From positions 2,024 to 66,023 of the forward strand of contig JBBRFN010000001.1 in NCBI GenBank assembly GCA_038224265.1: DNA of 64,000 nucleotides, written 5' to 3'. Below are positions 27,538-35,637 of this stretch, in pieces (within the stretch, counting starts at the first letter, position 1; the number at the start of each line of letters is the position of its first letter). Position numbers and translations under genes: made by a program. The stretch is from Lysobacterales bacterium. Lineage in GTDB: Bacteria > Pseudomonadota > Gammaproteobacteria > Xanthomonadales > Ahniellaceae. A model generated the notes under the pieces. That model worked only from the letters and a program-made list of their open reading frames with translations, made no database searches and was not told the DNA's origin.

Positions 27538-28353
27538 GTGATGACCTCGATCAATGCCCGCGCGCGGCCGGGTGGCCGGGCTGGCTGGCCGGGGCGGACT
27601 TGCGGCACACTCCGTGGGGTGAACGAACTGCCGTTCCGCTTCGTCCCGGGTGCGCGCCGCGACGTGGTCGTTTTATGCGACCACGCCGGCAACCGCGTGC
27701 CGCCCGCGTATGCCGAGCTCGGGCTCGGCCGCGCGGAACTGTCGCGCCATATCGGCTGGGACCTTGGCGCGGCCGGGGTGGCGACCGCGCTGGCTGAGGC
27801 GCTGGATTGCCCGCTTATCCACGGCGTTTACTCGCGACTGCTGGTCGACCTCAATCGCGCGCACGACGATGCCACCCTGATCCTCGCCGAGAGCGACGAC
27901 ACCTTCGTTCCCGGCAACCTCACGATCAGCGACGCGGAGCGCGCCAGCCGCATTGCAGGCTTCCACGCGCCCTACCACGCGCGGATCGATGCCCACCTCG
28001 ACGGCCTCATCGCCCATGGGGTGCGGCCGACGGTGGTCGCGGTGCACAGCTTCACGCCGTTGATGGCCGGCATCCACCGCCCATGGGAGGTCGGCGTGCT
28101 GTGGAAGCTCTCGCGCGAGCCGGTGGCGCGGGTCATCGACTGGCTCGCAGCCGATGGCTTGCGCGTCGGCGACAACCAGCCCTACGACGGTCGCTCGGCG
28201 ATGGGCTGGACCCTGGACCATCACGCCATCGGCCGCGGCCTGCCGCACATCATGTTCGAGCTGCGCCATGACCTGCTCGAGGCTGAGCCGGCGCAGCATG
28301 CCTGGGGCCTGCGGCTGGCGCGCGCCCTGCGCGAGAGCGGCTTCATCGCCTGA
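27538..28353 (+). CDS. N-formylglutamate amidohydrolase family protein
   Basis: Shows the FGase-family pattern (VVLCDHAGNRVP, SRLLVDLNR, YHARID, VAVHSFTP, MFELRHDL). An alternative GTG start at 27619 (VNELPFRF) is plausible. Confidence 0.85.
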   Translation: MMTSINARARPGGRAGWPGRTCGTLRGVNELPFRFVPGARRDVVVLCDHAGNRVPPAYAELGLGRAELSRHIGWDLGAAGVATALAEALDCPLIHGVYSRLLVDLNRAHDDATLILAESDDTFVPGNLTISDAERASRIAGFHAPYHARIDAHLDGLIAHGVRPTVVAVHSFTPLMAGIHRPWEVGVLWKLSREPVARVIDWLAADGLRVGDNQPYDGRSAMGWTLDHHAIGRGLPHIMFELRHDLLEAEPAQHAWGLRLARALRESGFIA

Positions 28354-28437
28354 GCGGCGCGGTGGGCGACCCGGTGTACGGGGTTTTCCGGACGCCGGCG
28401 TCGGGGCGTGCCAACGACCGCCCACTGTGTCCTCAAT

Positions 28438-28471
28438 TGCAGGAATAGCGCTGCCGCGATCAGGCCTTGCA
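28438..28471. repeat. 34-bp perfect direct repeat, copy 2
   Basis: Identical to 26764-26797. It overlaps the stop and the last three codons of the TPR lipoprotein gene. Confidence 0.9.
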
Positions 28472-29704
28472 GGCTTGGGCCAGCGTGGCGTGCCGAGTGA
28501 TCTCTGGCGGCGACAGGCCGGTCGCGGTGGCATCGCGAAATGCCGCGCACGCGATGTCGGTACGCTGGTTTGCGATTGCCGTGTCAACCACCAGGGCCAG
28601 GCTGAGAACATCGCGACGCAGGACAAGATTCTCCTGCGCCAGTTCCAGCGCAAGGGCCGGTTCACCGATGGCAAGGTGGAATTCGGCCGCATGCTGAAGA
28701 TAGCCGGCGCGATGCACCTTGAGCAGGGTCTCGTAGCCACGGCGTGCAGCCAGACGTGCCGCAGTCGCCTCGGACGTGCGTCCCGCCGCGGCTTCCACAT
28801 CGCCCAGCGCGGCCAGAAACTCCGGGTTGCCCGTCTGTTCGATCACCTGCAGGTACAGCGTGCGCGCGGCGTCGAGGTTGCCGAGCAGGAACTCGGTCTC
28901 GGCCAGATGCTCGGTGGCGAGGTAGTACTGCGGCAGGCGCGCATGGGCCGCGGCGAAAAAGGTCCGCGCCCCGGCGACATCGCCGAAGCGCAGCAGGATG
29001 ATGCCCTGCTGTGAATGCAACCACGCCAGCTGAAACGGATCCACATCCGCGAACAGACCTTGTGCGGTCTGCAGCAAGTGCCTGGCCACGATCGGATCGC
29101 CCTTGGCAGCCATCAAATCCGCGCGCAGCGCAAGCTCGTAGAAGTCCGCGACCGGGGTAGCGGCCGCAGCGATCAGATCGGCGACGTTGCCATAGGCGCC
29201 GGATGCAAGATCGATCTCGCGCGTGGTGCGCACCAGGAATGCATCATCGCGCGCGCCGGCCAGGCCCGCTACGCGCCTGATCTGCGCGCGTGCTGCATCG
29301 AATTCGTGGAACACCGACAGCGCGCTGGCCAGCAGCACGGCGGTCTGCACATCGTTGGGGCGTTTCACAGCGGCGCCTTCAAGCAACTGCAGCGCCTCAT
29401 CCGCATCGTCGATGCGCCCGATAATCCGGTACCGCTGCAGCAGGGCGCCGCCCAGCGCGGATGCATGCTCGGGGTTGCCGCTGCGCGCGAGCGCCTCGCG
29501 TACGCCGAGCACATGTGCGTCGACGTTGCCGATATAGATGGCCGGATCGCTGGTGCGGTAGTCGTCGACCGTCAGCGGATAGCGCGGTCCGACAGCCTGC
29601 GGGTTCGCAGTCGTTTGCGCGGCCTGAGGAAGCGTTTCGGGCCCTGGTGCCATGGCCGCACAGCCGCCGAGCGCGAGTGTCAGTAGCGCGATTTGCCAAC
29701 GCAT
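28460..29704 (-). CDS. TPR-repeat lipoprotein
   Basis: ORF 28460..29740 with the start placed at ATG 29704 (MRWQIALLTLALGGCAA, lipobox). The remainder is helical-repeat (TPR-like). It lies 93 nt downstream of the DUF4331 gene on the same strand. Confidence 0.78.
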   Translation of the reverse strand: MRWQIALLTLALGGCAAMAPGPETLPQAAQTTANPQAVGPRYPLTVDDYRTSDPAIYIGNVDAHVLGVREALARSGNPEHASALGGALLQRYRIIGRIDDADEALQLLEGAAVKRPNDVQTAVLLASALSVFHEFDAARAQIRRVAGLAGARDDAFLVRTTREIDLASGAYGNVADLIAAAATPVADFYELALRADLMAAKGDPIVARHLLQTAQGLFADVDPFQLAWLHSQQGIILLRFGDVAGARTFFAAAHARLPQYYLATEHLAETEFLLGNLDAARTLYLQVIEQTGNPEFLAALGDVEAAAGRTSEATAARLAARRGYETLLKVHRAGYLQHAAEFHLAIGEPALALELAQENLVLRRDVLSLALVVDTAIANQRTDIACAAFRDATATGLSPPEITRHATLAQACKA

Positions 29705-29797
29705 CAAGGTGTTCCCCGGTCGGGTTTGCAGGTGGCGCAAAAAAATCGGGGCGCCAGTGATGGCGCCCCGAAGTGCGGTATTGCTACGCGGGCCGGG

Positions 29798-31243
29798 TCA
29801 GAGCGGCACGCCAAGGAACGGGAAGTCGGTCAACAGGATGCTGTCGTTGGCCACGTTGTCGCGCACGCCAGGACCCACGGCTGCGCCGAGGGTGTCGTCG
29901 ATCACGTCGCGGGCCAGCGTCCGGCCACCGCAGAAGGTCGGATTGTTGGTCTCGATCGCGAGGTAGGCATCGCACTGCGGACGCGCGACATTGATCACCA
30001 GCCGGTCATCGACGAACACGCCGGCGGCCACGGCGGGCGGCAGCAGGGTGTTGCCGGTCGTGCCATCAAGCGTATCGAGCGCTGCGAGATTGGCCTGCAT
30101 CTCGGCCTGGAACAGGCCCGCCCAGCTCGCCGGGTCGACCGCGCGGTTGTACTGGTCTTTCTTGCCGGTGTTCGTCAGCAGGTCGATCAGCGCAGGATTG
30201 ATCGCCGGCCGCCCGTTGCGATCGATCTGGCCGGACAAGAAGTTGGTGCACGGCAGATCCTTGATCGCGGTCAGGCGGGTCAGCGTCACCGTGCCCGAGC
30301 TGAACTCCGGGTCGGTGGTGGTGTAGGTCATGGTGGCGGTATTGCAGTTGCTGAAATTGATCGCGATGGTGCCGAAAGGACGGTTCGTCACCTGCGCCGG
30401 GTTGAAGTTCGGCGGTGCAATGCCGCCGGTGGTGTAGATGGCGTTGGTCAGGTTGGTTTGCGAGTTGGCGAACGGTCCGCTGGCAACCACCCAACGCTGT
30501 TGACCGGTGCGATTGTAGGTATACCAGGCAAAGGCAACGCGATCGGGGCCGCCCACAGCTTCCGGCGCGAGGACCTCGATATGCGCACCGAATCCGGGGT
30601 TGGCTGCGTCGAACCACAGGCCGCTGACGCCCGCCGACACGCCGATCTCGCCCACACGGGTGGTCGAGCCGTAAACGCGCAGCGTCGTGCTGGCGCCATT
30701 GTTGGTAAGGCGACTGGACTGCACGCCCAGCACGATCGCCAGCGTGTTGCCGACGAAGAAGTTGCTGCCGGGGTTGGTGAAGCGCGGGGCGACTGCCGCA
30801 CGCGTCGCGTTGAAAGCATTCAGATCGAAGAAAAACGGATCGTCGCGCAGTCCGGCGAACATCCGGACGCCAGTGCCGGAAACCGTGCGGTTGAGGCCAC
30901 CGCTGACGGTCAGTCCGCCCGGGCCGTTGCACGTCATCACCGTCGACTGGCTGGATGCACGACACAGGATCACGAAGCTGTTTGGACCGGCACCGTTATC
31001 GATATGCAGCCGGTATTCCACCGCGTCTGAGAAGCGCGAGTTGCTGGTCGCGAAGGGAACCACGGTGGCGACCAGGATGGTCTCGGCCGGGTTGTTGGGA
31101 TTGACGAAGGTGTAGATATCGTTCAAGTCCGCTGCGGGATCCGCAGTGGCAATCGGCGAGTCGCGATGATCTGCAGCATGCGCTGCGGTGCCCACGATCG
31201 CCAGCATCGCGCCGGCAGTAGCCAAACCGATTCGCTTCAACAT
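29798..31243 (-). CDS. exported DUF4331-family protein with an internal extra domain
   Basis: ATG 31243 is preceded by GGGGAG. The signal peptide (AIVGTAAHA) is followed by the DUF4331 signature ADHRDSP...DPAADLNDIYTF and later DDPFFFD. The middle section (LWFDAANPGFG...AWYTYNRTGQQRWV...NCNTATMTYT) looks like a separate beta domain. Confidence 0.75.
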   Translation of the reverse strand: MLKRIGLATAGAMLAIVGTAAHAADHRDSPIATADPAADLNDIYTFVNPNNPAETILVATVVPFATSNSRFSDAVEYRLHIDNGAGPNSFVILCRASSQSTVMTCNGPGGLTVSGGLNRTVSGTGVRMFAGLRDDPFFFDLNAFNATRAAVAPRFTNPGSNFFVGNTLAIVLGVQSSRLTNNGASTTLRVYGSTTRVGEIGVSAGVSGLWFDAANPGFGAHIEVLAPEAVGGPDRVAFAWYTYNRTGQQRWVVASGPFANSQTNLTNAIYTTGGIAPPNFNPAQVTNRPFGTIAINFSNCNTATMTYTTTDPEFSSGTVTLTRLTAIKDLPCTNFLSGQIDRNGRPAINPALIDLLTNTGKKDQYNRAVDPASWAGLFQAEMQANLAALDTLDGTTGNTLLPPAVAAGVFVDDRLVINVARPQCDAYLAIETNNPTFCGGRTLARDVIDDTLGAAVGPGVRDNVANDSILLTDFPFLGVPL

Positions 31244-31512
31244 CGCACATCTCCCCATTGGGTAGAGCTCTTTCGAGTGGCGGATGCCACTCGACGTCAT
31301 TCAAGCAACTACGCGCAGTGATGACATCCGGATGCACCCGGTGTCTGTCCATGACGCAGCGTCAGCCCCCTGTACGCTGCGGAGTATGCGCCAATCCGTG
31401 TCCAAGCAATATGTTGCGCCGCATATAGCGTTCGGCTGGCGCTGCCAGAACCCTCCGTGGCGAGCCGCTTGTCCTACAATTGCAGTATCGCCGCTGCTGT
31501 AACGGAGTCGTC

Positions 31513-34500
31513 ATGAGCACCCCCGCCACCCGCCTGCCCGTTCCGGGCAAAGCCGCACTCCAGGCACCCCTGCGCTTTGTCACCGCCGCCAGCCTGTTCG
31601 ACGGCCACGATGCGGCGATCAACATCATGCGCCGGCTGATCCAGGCGCAGGGCGGGGAGGTCGTGCATCTGGGCCACAACCGCTCGGTCGAGGACGTGGT
31701 GCGCGCCGCCCTGCAGGAGGATGCCGACGCGATCGCCCTGAGCAGCTATCAGGGTGGCCACATGGAGTACTTCAGGTACATGGTGGACATGCTGCGCGAG
31801 CGCGGCGCGCCGCACATCCGCGTATTCGGTGGCGGTGGCGGCACCATTACCCCGGAAGAGATTGCCGAACTGCACGCCTATGGCGTCGAGCGCATCTACC
31901 ACCCCAACGACGGCATGGCGATGGGGCTGGTGGCGATGATCGAGGACCTGGTGCGGCGCACGCACGCGGCGCGGGCAGCACGACCGCAGACCGCCGCCGT
32001 GCCGAGCATGCTTGGCACCGATTCCGCAGCCCTTCCCAGCGAGACCACCATTGCCGCGGCCCTCTCCGCGATCGAAAACGCTGCGATTCCCGAAACCGAG
32101 CTGGCTACCCTGCGCAAGCAGTGGCAGCTCGCTGGCGGCCGCACGCCCGTCATCGGCCTGACCGGCACCGGCGGTGCGGGCAAGTCGTCGGTCACCGACG
32201 AGCTGATGAACCGCTTTCTCGCCGCGTTTCCGCTCATGCGCATCGCGGTGATCTCGGTCGATCCCACCCGGCGGCGCACCGGCGGCGCACTGCTCGGCGA
32301 TCGCATCCGCATGAATGCGCTGCGCAGCCCGCGCGTGTTCATGCGCTCGATGGCCACCCGACGCCAGCATGTGGCGACCAACATCGTGCTCAAGGACTGC
32401 GTGGCCTACCTGCGCTCGCTCGGTTTTGACCTGGTGATGGTCGAGACCGCCGGCATCGGCCAGAGCGATTCGGAGATCGTCGATCTCGTCGACTTTCCGG
32501 TCTACGTCATGACCTCGGACTTCGGTGCGCCGAGCCAGCTGGAGAAGATCGACATGCTCGACTTCGCCGAACTGGTGGTGCTCAACAAATTCGATCGCCG
32601 CGGCGCCGAAGACGCGCTGCGCGATGTGCGCAAGCAGTGGAAGCGCAACCGCAACGCCTTCACGCTCGCCGACGAGGACGTGCCGGTGTATCCCACCATC
32701 GCCAGCCAGTTCAACGATCCGGGTGTCACCTGGATGTTCACAAACCTGTGCCGGCTGGTGAAGGCCAAGCTCGGGTTGTCAGGGGCAAGCGCACAACTCT
32801 CGCCCGGCACTGCGTCGGAGGCTGCGGTCGCACCCGGGGTGGTTTCCTGCAGGGCTTCGGGGCGTTGCGACTGGCAGCCGCAGCTCGATGTGGCGCTCAA
32901 GGAGCCGCGCGCCACGGTGCTGATCCCGGGCGCCCGCGTGCGCTATCTGGCCGAGATCGCCGAACAGGGCAGGGCGCTCAACATCCGCTGCGAATCGCAG
33001 GCGGACACCGCCAGCCGTGCGCAAAGCTACTACGACACGCTGCGCGAGCTCGCCGACCCTGCGTTGCCGACGCCGCTGCAGGCCTATCCCGCTTCGGCGT
33101 TGCTGGGCGAATCGGGAGGATCGAGCGAATCGACCCCCGACAAGACGCTTCTCACGCTGCGGCAACGCTACAACGCAGCCCTGAACGATCTGACCACCGA
33201 GTCGCACAAGCAGCTGCGCGAATGGCCTGCACGGCTGAAGGCCGTCACCGATGACATCAGCGAATACCAAGTGCGCGGCAAGACCATCCACATCGAGAAC
33301 TACCGCACCTCGCTGTCGCACCAGAAGATCCCCAAGATCGCACCACCGCGCTACCGCGACTGGGGCGATCTGCTGAAATTCCTCGGCAAGGAAAACCTGC
33401 CCGGCGAGTATCCCTACACCGGTGGCGTGTATCCCTACCGCCGCACTGGCGAGGATCCGATCCGCATGTTCGCCGGCGAGGGCACGCCCGAGCGCACCAA
33501 CCGCCGCTTCCACTACCTGAGTCTCGGTCAGCCCGCTGTGCGCCTGTCCACCGCCTTCGACTCGGTGACGCTGTACGGCGAAGACCCGCATGAGCGGCCC
33601 GACATCTTCGGCAAGGTCGGCAACTCCGGCGTCAACGTGCCCACGCTCGACGACATGAAGAAGCTCTACTCCGGCTTCGACCTGTGCGATGCCAAGACCT
33701 CGGTATCGATGACCATCAACGGTCCGGCACCGATCATCCTCGCCATGTTCATGAACACGGCGGTCGACCAGCAGGTGGAAAAATACCTGCGCGAAGACCC
33801 GGCGCGCATGGCGCGCGCCGAGCAGGTCATCGCCGCCATCTACGCCGATCGCCCGCGCCCGCAGTACGCAGGCCCGCTGCCCGAAGGCAACGCGGGGCTG
33901 GGTCTGCTGCTGCTCGGCGTCGGCGGCGATGAAGTGGTCGATGCGGACACCTACGCACGGATCAAGGCCGATACGCTGAAAACCGTGCGTGGCACCGTGC
34001 AGGCCGACATCCTCAAGGAGGACCAGGCGCAGAACACCTGCATCTTCAGCACCGAATTCGCCCTGCGCATGATGGGCGACATCCAGCAGACTTTCGTCGA
34101 CCGCGGGGTGCGCAATTTCTACTCGGTCAGCATCTCCGGCTATCACATTGCCGAGGCCGGCGCGAACCCGATCAGCCAGCTCGCCTTCACCCTCAGCAAC
34201 GGCTTCACCATCGTCGAGTATTACCTCGCGCGCGGCATGCAGGTCGATCACTTCGCGCCGAACCTGAGCTTCTTCTTCTCCAACGGCATGGACCCCGAAT
34301 ACACCGTGATCGGTCGCGTAGCGCGCCGCATCTGGGCCCGCGCCATGAAGGAGCGCTACGGCGCCGGCCCGCGCAGCCAGATGCTCAAGTACCACGTTCA
34401 GACCTCGGGCCGCTCGCTGCATGCGCAGGAGATCCAGTTCAACGACATCCGCACCACCCTGCAGGCGCTGTACGCGCTGTTCGACAACTGCAACAGCCTG

Positions 34501-35181
34501 CACACCAACGCCTACGACGAAGCGATTACCACGCCGACCGAAGAAAGCGTGCGCCGCGCGGTGGCTATCCAGCTGATCATCAACCGCGAGCTGGGCCTGA
34601 ACTTCTGCGAAAACCCGTGGCAGGGCAGCTTCGTGGTCGAAGCTCTCACCGATCTGGTCGAAGAAGCCGTGTACAAGGAATTCGAAGCCATCAGCGAGCG
34701 CGGCGGCGTGCTGGGCGCGATGGACACCATGTACCAGCGCGGCAAGATCCAGGAAGAGAGCATGTACTACGAGCACAAGAAACACGACGGCAGCCTGCCG
34801 CTGGTCGGCGTCAACATGTTCCTGCCCAAGGAACACGCCGGCGAGACCGCCGCCACCATCGAGCTGATCCGCAGCACCGAAGCCGAAAAGCGGCAACAGA
34901 TCCGCAACGTCGAATCCTTCCGCGCTGCCCGCAACTCCCGCGCCACCCCCGCACCGCACACCACCCCTGCAGGGGTGCACCCTGTGCGCGACCGCACCGC
35001 CGCACCCCCCCCATCCTCAACCGGCCCCGACGCCCCCGGCACCCTAACCCACCTCCAACAAACCGCTCGCGCGCGCGCCAACCTCTTCGAGGCCCTGATG
35101 GAAGCCGTGAAACACAACTCCCTCGGCCAGATCAGTCACGCGCTCTACGAGGTCGGCGGCGAATACCGACGCAACATGTAG
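31513..35181 (+). CDS. icmF: fused isobutyryl-CoA mutase IcmF (B12-binding domain, MeaB-like GTPase, mutase barrel)
   Basis: ATG 31513 follows GGAG. The product has [13 protein letters not shown] (B12 domain), the P-loop GTGGAGKSS, a mutase core, and the conserved C-terminus [20 protein letters not shown]. Confidence 0.93.
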   Translation: MSTPATRLPVPGKAALQAPLRFVTAASLFDGHDAAINIMRRLIQAQGGEVVHLGHNRSVEDVVRAALQEDADAIALSSYQGGHMEYFRYMVDMLRERGAPHIRVFGGGGGTITPEEIAELHAYGVERIYHPNDGMAMGLVAMIEDLVRRTHAARAARPQTAAVPSMLGTDSAALPSETTIAAALSAIENAAIPETELATLRKQWQLAGGRTPVIGLTGTGGAGKSSVTDELMNRFLAAFPLMRIAVISVDPTRRRTGGALLGDRIRMNALRSPRVFMRSMATRRQHVATNIVLKDCVAYLRSLGFDLVMVETAGIGQSDSEIVDLVDFPVYVMTSDFGAPSQLEKIDMLDFAELVVLNKFDRRGAEDALRDVRKQWKRNRNAFTLADEDVPVYPTIASQFNDPGVTWMFTNLCRLVKAKLGLSGASAQLSPGTASEAAVAPGVVSCRASGRCDWQPQLDVALKEPRATVLIPGARVRYLAEIAEQGRALNIRCESQADTASRAQSYYDTLRELADPALPTPLQAYPASALLGESGGSSESTPDKTLLTLRQRYNAALNDLTTESHKQLREWPARLKAVTDDISEYQVRGKTIHIENYRTSLSHQKIPKIAPPRYRDWGDLLKFLGKENLPGEYPYTGGVYPYRRTGEDPIRMFAGEGTPERTNRRFHYLSLGQPAVRLSTAFDSVTLYGEDPHERPDIFGKVGNSGVNVPTLDDMKKLYSGFDLCDAKTSVSMTINGPAPIILAMFMNTAVDQQVEKYLREDPARMARAEQVIAAIYADRPRPQYAGPLPEGNAGLGLLLLGVGGDEVVDADTYARIKADTLKTVRGTVQADILKEDQAQNTCIFSTEFALRMMGDIQQTFVDRGVRNFYSVSISGYHIAEAGANPISQLAFTLSNGFTIVEYYLARGMQVDHFAPNLSFFFSNGMDPEYTVIGRVARRIWARAMKERYGAGPRSQMLKYHVQTSGRSLHAQEIQFNDIRTTLQALYALFDNCNSLHTNAYDEAITTPTEESVRRAVAIQLIINRELGLNFCENPWQGSFVVEALTDLVEEAVYKEFEAISERGGVLGAMDTMYQRGKIQEESMYYEHKKHDGSLPLVGVNMFLPKEHAGETAATIELIRSTEAEKRQQIRNVESFRAARNSRATPAPHTTPAGVHPVRDRTAAPPPSSTGPDAPGTLTHLQQTARARANLFEALMEAVKHNSLGQISHALYEVGGEYRRNM

Positions 35182-35637
35182 TTGCAGCTGCCGCGGCAAT
35201 CGAGGGGCGGCGCGATGGATTGTGTGTGCTTGCGCGGCGGAACCGCGATTCGAACGGAGCGTGCCATGGCGCTGGTCGCGAACGCGGCACCCGCGGCGCG
35301 GGAGTCAAGTTTGCGCGCGGTCGCCGGGCGGATCGGTAGAACCACGGCACGCACCAGGCACCCATGGGGCGCGTTTCCGCCAGGGCAGGTGCGAGAACTT
35401 GCATTGACGACACACCCGCATCGGCCCCGGAAGCGCGATTGCGGGCGGCGCAGGCTGCGCCGGGGGCGTCGCGGCACGCTGATTGCAACATCTTGCGAAT
35501 CGAACCCAACAGGCAGGCAAGCCCGAGGACAATTGCGCGATGTCATGTTGCACGCAAGACCCGGGAACCGAGTGCGCACGCCTGCGGAGTCGCTGTGCGC
35601 CTCGCGCGAGTGACGCCAAGCAGAGATTGCGGACGCC

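Noticed and set aside
35182-35637. tRNA or tRNA pseudogene on the minus strand (GGTTCGATTC and GTTCGAATC T-loop-like motifs)
   Set aside because: The best candidate has a 6/7 acceptor-like pairing and a 4/5 T-stem. However, only about 65 nt lie between the ends, there is no foldable anticodon or D arm, and there is no CCA. It is not a functional cloverleaf.
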